Positions 17,774 through 26,960 of a stretch of 61,820 bases of DNA are shown here, piece after piece. The translations under genes and the position numbers were made by a program. Source of the DNA: Rikenellaceae bacterium (GTDB lineage: Bacteria > Bacteroidota > Bacteroidia > Bacteroidales > Rikenellaceae); assembly GCA_045632975.1 (NCBI GenBank), contig JAZQXR010000024.1, forward strand, positions 1 through 61,820, read 5' to 3'. How positions within the stretch are numbered: the first letter of the stretch is position 1; each line of letters begins with the position of its first letter. Under the pieces are notes generated by a model. The model was not told the origin of the DNA, did no database searches, and was given only the letters and a program-made list of their open reading frames with translations.

Positions 17774-18421
17774 TTAATATGATATAAGATACGATAGCGA
17801 TATGCCGACACTATATCTCTCGTGGGTTTGGGCATACACCTGATCATAATCGAATTTTGGCGATTCGAATACATATTTTTGATTTACCATTGGCGCCATA
17901 TTGTAATTCAAATAGAGCCCCACATCCCATCTATTTAATCTTACGCCAGCAACTCCCGAGGCGGTTGCATGACTTTTACCGATATTGTTATCTGCAAGCA
18001 CTTGACCGGGAGCCTCCTTATACGAAGCTCTTACGTCAAAATGGTAGGCCATTTCTGCGCCCAAATAGACGCAGCCCGTTCGCCAACGTACGACGTTAAT
18101 ATGCCCCGACACAAATGTACCGACATATTGACCTGCCACGACCGCATTTCTATGCATGCTGATTGGATTGGTAAAGGTATATTTACACCCCACATCTACA
18201 TTAAACAGATTCCTATGTGAACCTATCCCGTAAAACAACTTTGGCCCTATATGCAAATTGTTATACGCTCTACCATCAAGGCCTACTCCCACATGTTGCA
18301 TATACACCCTACTCAAGCGCTGCCTTCGGAGCCTCACAATCTCTTTGGGTGTTTGTGCAAATATGGGTTGTGCCAATAGCACGACAAAGACAAATACAAT
18401 ATATCTGACAATTCGGTTCAT
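17774..18421 (-). CDS. Exported hypothetical protein, small outer-membrane beta-barrel-like
   Basis: Signal peptide ...LLAQPIFAQ. It is Gly/aromatic-rich and the C-terminal strand ...SLSYLISY ends in an aromatic residue. Confidence 0.6.
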   Translation of the reverse strand: MNRIVRYIVFVFVVLLAQPIFAQTPKEIVRLRRQRLSRVYMQHVGVGLDGRAYNNLHIGPKLFYGIGSHRNLFNVDVGCKYTFTNPISMHRNAVVAGQYVGTFVSGHINVVRWRTGCVYLGAEMAYHFDVRASYKEAPGQVLADNNIGKSHATASGVAGVRLNRWDVGLYLNYNMAPMVNQKYVFESPKFDYDQVYAQTHERYSVGISLSYLISY

Positions 18422-18426
18422 TATCT

Positions 18427-19716
18427 CTACAATTCAATCTTTTCCATTGTAAATGGGAATGTCATTGTTGCATACCAAGCATTCCTTTCTTGTCCATCAA
18501 TATACAAGGAGATTGCGGTTTTATAGGGCTGGCCGGTATCCTGATTAGTTTTGACAAAGCCCGGGAATTCATAATATCCGCCCGGCATTAAATTAGCTTC
18601 AGCCCTAACATTATTAACATTACGGCGAGATCCTTCCTCATCCACATATGTCCCCCTCAACGACAATATTCCCTCTAGGGTCACGCCATCCGAAAACGTC
18701 TTCTTATAATTGTCGAAAATAAGCTGTTCAGAGATTGAGATGCTACCATCTTTTCGATCAAATGACACCAATATCGGGACAACCGGCTGTGTAAGATTAC
18801 CCCATCCAACCATAATCAAAGAGTGATTACGGACATCCTCCTTGAAAGACACAAGATACGTTTTATAAGAGGCATCGGTCAGAAGCCATAAGTCCAACAA
18901 GTTCGCATAAGCCTCATCCAAAGGATACTCATCAACATGAAACACCTCGCTCATAGCATAATGTCCTGTCGGCTTGCCGAACTCATCCAAACCGATAGCA
19001 CACGACATATAATCGCCAGGAGTTAAGACGCGATAAAAATTAGTGCTTCCAGTTCGAATCTCATTATCTTCAAACCAAGGTTCCGCACTATTCTGGTTTT
19101 GCAGTTTGTTAAGAGTGGCCATTGCCGCAGAATCAATAAATGGCTCTATTCGCTCATATCTTCGAATTACATCCACAGGGGTGGTCGCCAAAACATAGCG
19201 CTCTTTGACTTGCCCTGCTACATACACCGTAACCAATGAGCGGTCGTTGTAGTTATGTTCAACATACCCTTTGTACACAACGGACCAGTTTGGGTTAATG
19301 CTCGCCACCATGTCGCTATCGAGAGTCGTAAACTCCGTGATGGCAGGTCTACCATAACGCTCTCCTATACCATTCATACCGAAAGCGATATAGGTATATG
19401 TTGTATTCGGCACCAAACCACTCACCCGGATAAGTTGCTTCCGCTGATAATGCACCTTTTGTTGCAAAGATGTTTTGTCTATATGCGACAGAAACTTTTT
19501 TATCTCATAGTTGATGTCACTCACTTCTCCCTTAACCACAAATCCATAGTAGGCATCATCATTTGTGGCATTGTGAGTGACTATCATAGTTGCATTGTAA
19601 GAGTTCACCTCGGAGACGGCAACATTAAAGACAATGTTTTCAACACACTCCTCTTTTGAGCAACCCACAACAAGAGTTGCCAGCATGAGAAATAATGCAA
19701 CAATATTCGTTCTCAT
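18427..19716 (-). CDS. Hypothetical lipoprotein with an FN3-like N-terminal module
   Basis: Lipobox ...LATLVVGCSKE. The segment VSGLVPNTTYTYIAFGMNGIGERYG...EFTT looks like an FN3 C-terminal strand pattern. Confidence 0.65.
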   Translation of the reverse strand: MRTNIVALFLMLATLVVGCSKEECVENIVFNVAVSEVNSYNATMIVTHNATNDDAYYGFVVKGEVSDINYEIKKFLSHIDKTSLQQKVHYQRKQLIRVSGLVPNTTYTYIAFGMNGIGERYGRPAITEFTTLDSDMVASINPNWSVVYKGYVEHNYNDRSLVTVYVAGQVKERYVLATTPVDVIRRYERIEPFIDSAAMATLNKLQNQNSAEPWFEDNEIRTGSTNFYRVLTPGDYMSCAIGLDEFGKPTGHYAMSEVFHVDEYPLDEAYANLLDLWLLTDASYKTYLVSFKEDVRNHSLIMVGWGNLTQPVVPILVSFDRKDGSISISEQLIFDNYKKTFSDGVTLEGILSLRGTYVDEEGSRRNVNNVRAEANLMPGGYYEFPGFVKTNQDTGQPYKTAISLYIDGQERNAWYATMTFPFTMEKIEL

Positions 19717-19727
19717 ATTGAACCCTG

Positions 19728-20393
19728 TTAGTTACTAATTATAACAAAACTGCAATCCTTGGGGGCACAATTAATGACCTCCAGCTCGACTATATTACGT
19801 CTATTCTCCGGCACATCGAACGAGATTTGTCGATGTGGCAATCCCGTCTTAACACTCTTGGTATCATCGTATCTCACATCCAAACCATCTCGGTTGGTTA
19901 CACGTATTTTCATCGTAACCAATCCACCCGCCTCCGCAACAACAGCCAGCTCTTGATGACCTTTTGATGAGAAGGTGTATTTAGTACTCATGCCCGCTTT
20001 CACAAAACATGTTTTAGTCAGAATTGAACCATCAGCTGTTTGCCCTCGTTTTGCATCGCGTCTCTTGAGCTCTATCTCATCCGCACAATCATAGGCATCA
20101 TTCCCATCCTTCAACAACTCATCAATAAAATCCGAAGAGAAAACCAAGTGTCCATTAAGTGAGCCTTGAATACTGTCCATGCAGTTTATGCCGGGGAAAT
20201 AAGCTATTTTAGACTCCCGTAGTTGTGCTGCCAGCCGTTCAATCTCATCTCGATTATTGTTGGAGGCAGCATCTCTCAAAGATATGCAAACATCAACGAC
20301 AGATTGAATACTGGCGTTTTTTACAATACTATTCTGCGCATAACTCAAAAGAGTCAGAATCACAAATATGGCAGCAAGGAGAATCCTTTTCAT
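19728..20393 (-). CDS. Secreted hypothetical protein
   Basis: Signal peptide MKRILLAAIFVILTLLSYAQ. The C-terminal half is beta-sandwich-like. I recognise no family. Confidence 0.6.
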   Translation of the reverse strand: MKRILLAAIFVILTLLSYAQNSIVKNASIQSVVDVCISLRDAASNNNRDEIERLAAQLRESKIAYFPGINCMDSIQGSLNGHLVFSSDFIDELLKDGNDAYDCADEIELKRRDAKRGQTADGSILTKTCFVKAGMSTKYTFSSKGHQELAVVAEAGGLVTMKIRVTNRDGLDVRYDDTKSVKTGLPHRQISFDVPENRRNIVELEVINCAPKDCSFVIISN

Positions 20394-20404
20394 AGCAAGA
20401 TAGA

Positions 20405-21739
20405 TTAGTTCAGGTGTCCAACTCGTATAATAACCCTAAAGCCCACGGTGCTATCTTTATCATTAACACCGAAGGGGGCTTGGGAGTTGGCTGTTATTTC
20501 GGTTATTGGCGAATTGAAATTTCCACCACATATAATGTATTGAGTGTGGTCCTCCCCGTATGTCGAATTGCAAAGCTCACTAACATTGCCGCTCATGTCG
20601 TACAAATCGAGCATATTGGAACTCTTCCCTTGGCGGCCATCACTCGGATGCACGACTCCACCCGAATTCGCACCATACCAGGCAACTTCATTGGCATCAT
20701 CATCGCCCACATATAGCGTTGTTTCGTTATATTCTCCACCTCTTGCTGCATACATCCACTCCTCGACCGATGGCAGTGCTATATCCAAGTTTGTCATGTC
20801 GTTCAACTTGCCAAGGAACAAATAGATCTCGCCATACGACAATCCGGTCATTGGCAGATTGCCATCCTCGGCCTTGTACGGGATATTTTGTAATCCATAC
20901 CACAACTCCTTTGAGAATTCAAACTGGCTCATCCATAGTTCGCCTTTTCGCACCTCGCTCATATTATGGAGTAATTTATCCAAAGAGTTGAGTTGCAACT
21001 CGGTAACTTCGGGATCAAGATACAGAAGCAACGAGCTATATTTATTGTGCATGTCAGCTCTCATTGCTGCTACATCTGTCAACCCACGCTGGCGCTCTGC
21101 ATCATTACTTGCGAAACGAGGCCAAAACAACGCCACCCCAAGCAGAGTCAGAACCAATACTGCAACTAATATGACGTTAGTACGTTTTGTGACAACTTTA
21201 TTGTTATGCGTCACCCGTAATTCCGCATCTTCTGTTTGGTCAATATGTGATGTCTGGGTCGCCTCCCCCAACATCGGGACTATCCTATTTTTGACCATTA
21301 AATCTATGTCAACTCCCAATGTTTGTCCAAATCGGATCTCCGAATGTTGATACTCCCTAACAACACGTTGAATCTCTTCGGGGATGTTGGGTTTTCCCGG
21401 CTCACTCGACAGCCCTTCAAACATGCCATCCGGATTGACGGGGATGATTTTTTTGCCATATTGCACCGCGAGCATTATCTCTTGGCGCATCCAATCACCT
21501 TCATTAACACAACGAAGCAAGGCACCCTTGGATAGTATCAGCATAAATACCGAAATCTCCTCAATAGCCCGCTTAATATTTTCCCCAAAAACGCCGTCTG
21601 TCAATTCGTCATAATCAAGGAACACCTTATACCCCCTCTGCTGCAACATCAGTTGCAGAATTCTTGCGTATTGAGCGCCTCCGTCACGCCTATAACTTAT
21701 AAATACATCGTACTTCATAGTTGGGGAATTGGAATCCAT
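20405..21739 (-). CDS. TIR domain - single transmembrane helix - FGE-sulfatase (SUMF1/GldJ-like) domain protein
   Basis: The TIR region is YDVFISYRRDGG...FLDYDEL...GDWMRQEIMLAV (conserved Glu at residue 87). The TM helix is NVILVAVLVLTLLGVALFW. The FGE-sulfatase region is LPSVEEWMYAARGG...LYDMSGNVSELC...GGNF...VGFRV. Confidence 0.9.
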   Translation of the reverse strand: MDSNSPTMKYDVFISYRRDGGAQYARILQLMLQQRGYKVFLDYDELTDGVFGENIKRAIEEISVFMLILSKGALLRCVNEGDWMRQEIMLAVQYGKKIIPVNPDGMFEGLSSEPGKPNIPEEIQRVVREYQHSEIRFGQTLGVDIDLMVKNRIVPMLGEATQTSHIDQTEDAELRVTHNNKVVTKRTNVILVAVLVLTLLGVALFWPRFASNDAERQRGLTDVAAMRADMHNKYSSLLLYLDPEVTELQLNSLDKLLHNMSEVRKGELWMSQFEFSKELWYGLQNIPYKAEDGNLPMTGLSYGEIYLFLGKLNDMTNLDIALPSVEEWMYAARGGEYNETTLYVGDDDANEVAWYGANSGGVVHPSDGRQGKSSNMLDLYDMSGNVSELCNSTYGEDHTQYIICGGNFNSPITEITANSQAPFGVNDKDSTVGFRVIIRVGHLN

Positions 21740-21778
21740 ACAGAGCTTTGACTATCTGTAGATTGGTTGTTATATGTG

Positions 21779-21786
21779 CAAATATA
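21779..21786 (-). promoter_or_regulatory. -7 promoter box TAtaTTTG for the TIR...CHAT operon
   Basis: The reverse complement of caaatata is TATATTTG. It lies ~40 nt upstream of the TIR gene ATG. Confidence 0.45.
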
Positions 21787-21938
21787 TAAATTTTACAAGA
21801 GTATACAAAACTTTACTACCAACTTAATAAAGCACATGTTGAGCAATGTGAAGTGACCCCAAAAGTTTTTTGTCTAAACTCTTGGGGCCACTTCAACTTC
21901 GGGGCACTCCTTTAGTGTTTATGCCGCGTATTCTACTC

Positions 21939-24605
21939 CTAATTGAATACCATCTTCACCTTCATGCGGATAGTCAGGGGCAGGGGGCCGGTGTACTTCG
22001 AGTTGGAGGTCTGGAACTGAACGCCACGACCACCGCTGAACACCTCGGCCGAGTCGGTGCTCTCCATATAGTAGCTACCACCATAGAAGCCCACATTGGC
22101 CGGAACATCAACCTCCTCGCCATTCGAGAGAGCCTTGACATCCTCAACCGTGATACTCACGCTGGTCACACCCGTAACATAGGTGTCATTGACAACATAG
22201 AAGCCTTGTCCCTTCTTGGTAAAGGTTACATCCACATATCCAGGCATACCCTCGGTATCAGCCACCGTTGCGCCTGCCACCTTCTCGGTGTTGTAGGTGA
22301 AGTTATCGGCAGTAATATAGGCGACTGTTGTTGCGGGAGGTGTAACATCTCCACTATCGCCACTATCGCCACTACCGCCATCATCCTTTGCCTCCACCTC
22401 GCGGATAGCGGTGTCGAGGCGATATGTTGCGATGGGCAGATATTTGCCGCTTCTGAAATCCACGCCAATCAGGTCTACATGGTCCTTGTAAACTTGCAGA
22501 ATTGCGCCCTCCGAGCCCGAGGCATTATCACTGCGCGAGGTTCCGTTGGAGGTGATGGGTATACCACACGAGGGAACGTGCACACACCATCCCGATTGGG
22601 GTTCTCCGCCAGAAAGTTTGCGGTAGAGGTTTGCTCGGTCTTGGTACTTTTGGAGTTGCCACTCCCAGTGCGAGTGACCACTGAACCACATCGAGTTGAT
22701 GTAGCGGTCACACATATTGCGCAGACGTGCAAGTTGCAATCCCGACAGCCAGTTGCCCGAGGGGTAGATATTGTTCAGGTTGCCGGCGCGGTCGGGGAAG
22801 AACAGGTGGGTAAAGACAAAGCAGCGCTCATTGCGATACTCCTCGAGTTTGCTCTCAAGCCATGCGATATTTTCGGCGGTGTAGGCGTTACTGAAGTTCC
22901 AAATCGACATACCGAAGAAGAGGAAGTGATCGACCTTGCCATCCTCGCGCTCCACGCTCTGCTCGAACACGAGCGGTTGGTCGGTATATTTGGTCCAACG
23001 CGAGATATCGATGCCGCTGTAGGTACAGTCGTGGTTACCTGTGGTTGTGTATACGGGAATCTCCGAGAGCGATGCAATCTCCTGATAGCGTTTCAGCTGT
23101 GCATCGGTACCATCTTGCGTAATATCGCCGCAAATGCAGGTCATAGTTGCACCCGCCTCGCCAAAGAAGTTCAGCGCACGCTCGAAATCCTCCTCGGCAT
23201 TCACACCCGAGCGACCGATATGCACGTCGGACAGCACACCGAAGCTATACATCGGGGTCTCGGTGTAGTCGGGTTTGAACTCCGCCAACTGAATGGTACC
23301 CCAATGCTCGCCCACCGAGTTGTAGATACCGATGGTTTTGGCCTCGCGCGGAGCTACGTTCACCATGATAAACTCCTCGTAGCTGGCAATATCCTTGATA
23401 TTCATCTTGCAGATGGGGGCGTAATCCTCCAGAGGTTGACCGTCCGCGCCCTCGTACATGAGGGTATAGACACCTCTCGTGTTAGTGCTGATAGAGATGT
23501 TGTTATCGGCCAGAATTTCGCCACTCGCCTTGCCGTCCTCGCGAATAATGATATTTACGGTGTACGATTTGCCACTAACCCAGTTGCACACCTCCGAGCC
23601 GTTAATCTTGGCCAGCTCTTCGCCATTGAGTTGGAGCGCCAAAGCCTCCTCGCCATCTCTTTTGACATTTACTTTCAGCGTCTTGTCTGCGAGAGCATCG
23701 TCATCAGCCAGAGGCAGCGCCATTGCGTATGCGGTGTACGATGCGCCAGCTTCGAGCGTTGTGCCGTCGCCTGCAAGTGTCAGAATCTTGCTATAACTCT
23801 CTTCGCCAAACGAAACCTCGGCCGAGCCATCTGCCCACGAGAATGCGACCTCGGCAGTAGTTGCAGCAATGGGCTCGCCATCGGCACTAATCGAAATCTC
23901 TTGCAGCGACGAAGCCTCGTCCTTGGCGTTGGTCACCACAAAGCGGAATGTAGCCGGAATATGATTGAAATCCAGTGTAGTACGACCCTCTTTGTAGGTG
24001 GTCGATGCGTACATATACATGTAGTCGCCGAGCACACTCGGGTCTTGCGATACGGTCTGAACAAATGTCGACGGCATCTCCACTGTGCAGAGGTGTTGTG
24101 CTTCGGCCTCATCCTCAACAATCATTGCATCTCCCGCAACGGCATAGCAGTAGGCGGCACTCTTAAGCGCCTCGGTCGAGTAGTAGTTTACGGTTTGGAA
24201 ATCGGCGTGATGGGCGTCACCCTCGTGCGGCATCACCGCAAGGCCGCTATATGTAGCCTCCTCGACAAACTCATCCTCCTCGGGGGTGGTGAGACCCACA
24301 ATCGGCTGTGTGCCATCCGTAACGACAAACGACAACGCGCTTGTATTGTACGAATCCATCTCGACGTCATCCCACACAAGTGTCATGTCGCCGCTACCCG
24401 CGGTATCGTCCCACGCAGCGCGCGTAAGCTCCACATCACTGCTTGCGGCATTGTAGCCACAACCGCTGAAAAGATTAAGACGCACGTACTGCTCCACGGG
24501 CGGTGTATCGCCGCTCTCTTTATCGGAACTCGGTTCGCCTTTGGTGCACGCGGTTGCCATCATCGCCAGCCCCAGCACCCAAAATATACTCTTTCTAATG
24601 TTCAT
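21939..24605 (-). CDS. Surface lipoprotein with a calcineurin-like metallophosphoesterase domain
   Basis: Lipobox ...LAMMATACTKGE. Metallophosphatase motifs are GVLSDVHIG, CGDITQDG, TGNHD and SGHSHWEW. The opposite-strand 913-aa ORF has none. Confidence 0.85.
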   Translation of the reverse strand: MNIRKSIFWVLGLAMMATACTKGEPSSDKESGDTPPVEQYVRLNLFSGCGYNAASSDVELTRAAWDDTAGSGDMTLVWDDVEMDSYNTSALSFVVTDGTQPIVGLTTPEEDEFVEEATYSGLAVMPHEGDAHHADFQTVNYYSTEALKSAAYCYAVAGDAMIVEDEAEAQHLCTVEMPSTFVQTVSQDPSVLGDYMYMYASTTYKEGRTTLDFNHIPATFRFVVTNAKDEASSLQEISISADGEPIAATTAEVAFSWADGSAEVSFGEESYSKILTLAGDGTTLEAGASYTAYAMALPLADDDALADKTLKVNVKRDGEEALALQLNGEELAKINGSEVCNWVSGKSYTVNIIIREDGKASGEILADNNISISTNTRGVYTLMYEGADGQPLEDYAPICKMNIKDIASYEEFIMVNVAPREAKTIGIYNSVGEHWGTIQLAEFKPDYTETPMYSFGVLSDVHIGRSGVNAEEDFERALNFFGEAGATMTCICGDITQDGTDAQLKRYQEIASLSEIPVYTTTGNHDCTYSGIDISRWTKYTDQPLVFEQSVEREDGKVDHFLFFGMSIWNFSNAYTAENIAWLESKLEEYRNERCFVFTHLFFPDRAGNLNNIYPSGNWLSGLQLARLRNMCDRYINSMWFSGHSHWEWQLQKYQDRANLYRKLSGGEPQSGWCVHVPSCGIPITSNGTSRSDNASGSEGAILQVYKDHVDLIGVDFRSGKYLPIATYRLDTAIREVEAKDDGGSGDSGDSGDVTPPATTVAYITADNFTYNTEKVAGATVADTEGMPGYVDVTFTKKGQGFYVVNDTYVTGVTSVSITVEDVKALSNGEEVDVPANVGFYGGSYYMESTDSAEVFSGGRGVQFQTSNSKYTGPLPLTIRMKVKMVFN

Positions 24606-24938
24606 GGTTAGTTTTTTTTAAGATTAAGTTATGCGAATTTAGCGACAATTCCGCAAATTTCAAAATCCCAAGACCCATCTGTTTGACAGGGAGGACGGCC
24701 TGACGGTGATGTTGATACCCGGTCTGGGCGTGTCGTACGAGATTTTCGTGCCGCTTATCGGAGTGCTTGAGGAGCGCATTTTCGGCACAATACAATAATA
24801 AAATATCCCCTTGCTCGAATATAATATTTGGGCCGAGGAGTAGCACAAACGGGAAGTTTTATTATCTTTGAGGATGTATTGCGACTGCGAATGCCGCACA
24901 ACACCACAAAAAACACCAACCACAAAAACACCAACCCT

Positions 24939-25643
24939 ATGAGAAAACCGCTCATCACACTACTGCTCGTGCTTGTAGCGTCGGCCACTTCGGTGCTCCA
25001 TGCTCAAAACATCCAACTGCACTACGACTTCGGTCGCAAAGCCGCAACATCGACCGTCGAGATGTTCCGTCCGGATGGTGGCGGAAGCACATTCTTCTTT
25101 GTGGATATGGACTACTCGCCCAAGATTAGCGGCGCATATTGGGAGATTGCGCGCGAGCTGTGCTTCTGGAAGGAGAGCAAGGTGAGTTGGCTGTCGGCAC
25201 ACGTCGAGTACAACGGAGGACTGAACACCTCTGCGCTGTCGTTCAACAACTGCATTCTGGGCGGTGTGACCTACTCGGGACACTCGCAGGATTGGAGCAA
25301 AACGTGGTCGGTGACCGCCTCGTACAAGGCCATTCCCGGCACAATTGGGTTGAATGGCAAGCCCCAAGCCCACAACTTCCAAATCACCGGCGTATGGAAT
25401 CTCGACTTTTTTGACCATTGGCTTTCGTTCAACGGTTTTGCCGACTTTTGGCGCGAGGCGAGAGTGTGGCAGGGCACCGAGTATATCTTCCTTGCCGAGC
25501 CCCAGCTGTGGGTCAACCTCAACAAAATCAGGGGCTGGGAGAAGGTTCGTTTGAGCCTCGGCACAGAGGTCGAGCTGTCGAACAACTTCGTGCGTAAGGG
25601 ATTCTGCGTAATGCCCACCATCGCCGCAAAATGGAATTTTTAA
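24939..25643 (+). CDS. DUF5020 / Tsx-like outer-membrane channel protein
   Basis: The start is taken at MRKPLITLLLVLVASATSVLHAQ. The mature N-terminus is NIQLHYDFGRK and the C-terminus is ...AAKWNF. It lies directly upstream of a purine permease. Confidence 0.7.
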   Translation: MRKPLITLLLVLVASATSVLHAQNIQLHYDFGRKAATSTVEMFRPDGGGSTFFFVDMDYSPKISGAYWEIARELCFWKESKVSWLSAHVEYNGGLNTSALSFNNCILGGVTYSGHSQDWSKTWSVTASYKAIPGTIGLNGKPQAHNFQITGVWNLDFFDHWLSFNGFADFWREARVWQGTEYIFLAEPQLWVNLNKIRGWEKVRLSLGTEVELSNNFVRKGFCVMPTIAAKWNF

Positions 25644-25667
25644 CTACCTATAACACAACTCAAGCGT

Positions 25668-26960
25668 ATGCTGAACAAACTATTCGGATTTGACCCCACC
25701 AAATCAACAGTCAAACAAGAGATTATCGCAGGAATCACAACATTCCTCACAATGTCATACATTCTGGCCGTGAACCCATCGATGTTCGGTCAGCTCGACG
25801 GCATGCCCGGTGGCGCTGTATTCACATCTACGGCTCTGGCAGCCATTATCGGATGCCTTGCCATGGCATTCTGGGGCAAACTGCCATTCGGTCTTGCGCC
25901 CGGCATGGGACTCAATGCGTTCTTTGTGTATAGCGTATGTATGGGTATGGGCTACTCGTGGCAATTTGCGCTCACCGCTGTGCTTATCGAGGGTTTTATA
26001 TTCATCCTGCTCACCCTGACCAATGTGCGCGAGGCTATTGTCAATGCCATTCCGATTTCACTGCGTAATGCCATCGTCTCGGGTATCGGACTGTTCATCG
26101 CCTTTATCGGTTTGAGCAACGCGGGCGTGGTTGTACGCAACGAGGCTACAATCGTGGCTCTCGGCAACATCACCTCGGGCTCGGGTCTATTGGCGCTCAT
26201 CGGTCTTGTGATTACCGGCTTTATGTATCTCCGCAATGTGCCGGGCGCCATCCTGCTGGGTATTCTGGTGACTATGGTGATTGGCATCTTCATGGGCGTA
26301 ACCGAGTTCAAAGGCGTACTTTCGAGCCCCGAGAGCATTGCCCCCATCTTCTGCCAATTTGAGTTAGAGCACATCTTCACGCTCGACATGCTGGTGGTTG
26401 TATTCACATTCCTATTCATCGACATGTTCGACACCGTAGGTACACTCGTGGGCGTCTGTACCCGAGCCAACATGGTGGACGAGAAGGGCAACATCAAACG
26501 CATCAGACAGGCATTCATGGCCGACGCTATCGCCACCACCGCGGGTGCCATGCTCGGAACCTCGACCACCACAACCTATGTCGAGAGCGCCGCGGGCGTA
26601 GCTCAAGGAGGTCGCTCGGGACTTACCGCATTTGCCGTTGCGGCATGTTTTGCCATCGCGCTCTTCTTCTCGCCTCTGTTCCTGTCAATTCCCGCCGCTG
26701 CAACCGCACCTGCACTTATCATCGTAGGTCTGCTGATGCTCGAATCCATCACCAAAGTTCCGTTCAGCGACTTCTCGGAGGCATTCCCCGCATTCGTATG
26801 CGTCGTAATGATGCCCCTCACATACTCCATTTCGAATGGTATTATGCTCGGCATGATTACATATGTGGCCCTCAACGCTCTGTGCGGCAATTTCAAGAAG
26901 ATTTCGCCCGCGATGTACATTCTCGCGGTGCTGTTCATCCTTAAGTTTATCTTTATCTAA
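25668..26960 (+). CDS. NCS2 family nucleobase permease (AzgA-type adenine/guanine/hypoxanthine)
   Basis: KQEIIAGITTFLTMSYILAVNPSMF is the characteristic N-terminus, and the protein has about 13 TM segments. Confidence 0.85.
   Translation: MLNKLFGFDPTKSTVKQEIIAGITTFLTMSYILAVNPSMFGQLDGMPGGAVFTSTALAAIIGCLAMAFWGKLPFGLAPGMGLNAFFVYSVCMGMGYSWQFALTAVLIEGFIFILLTLTNVREAIVNAIPISLRNAIVSGIGLFIAFIGLSNAGVVVRNEATIVALGNITSGSGLLALIGLVITGFMYLRNVPGAILLGILVTMVIGIFMGVTEFKGVLSSPESIAPIFCQFELEHIFTLDMLVVVFTFLFIDMFDTVGTLVGVCTRANMVDEKGNIKRIRQAFMADAIATTAGAMLGTSTTTTYVESAAGVAQGGRSGLTAFAVAACFAIALFFSPLFLSIPAAATAPALIIVGLLMLESITKVPFSDFSEAFPAFVCVVMMPLTYSISNGIMLGMITYVALNALCGNFKKISPAMYILAVLFILKFIFI

Noticed and set aside
21870-24611. 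913-aa plus-strand ORF, the longest in the window
   Set aside because: It lies exactly antisense to the 888-aa minus-strand gene. That gene has a lipoprotein signal and all the metallophosphoesterase motifs (DVH, GD, GNHD, GHSH). The plus-strand product is Arg/Gly/His/Leu-rich with no motifs. It is a GC-driven shadow ORF.
24643-24804. In-frame fragment ...FDREDGLTVMLIPGLGVSYEIFVPLIGVLEERIF... resembling the start of an alpha/beta-hydrolase
   Set aside because: It has no upstream start codon and runs about 50 codons to a stop. It may be a gene remnant but the evidence is too thin to annotate.
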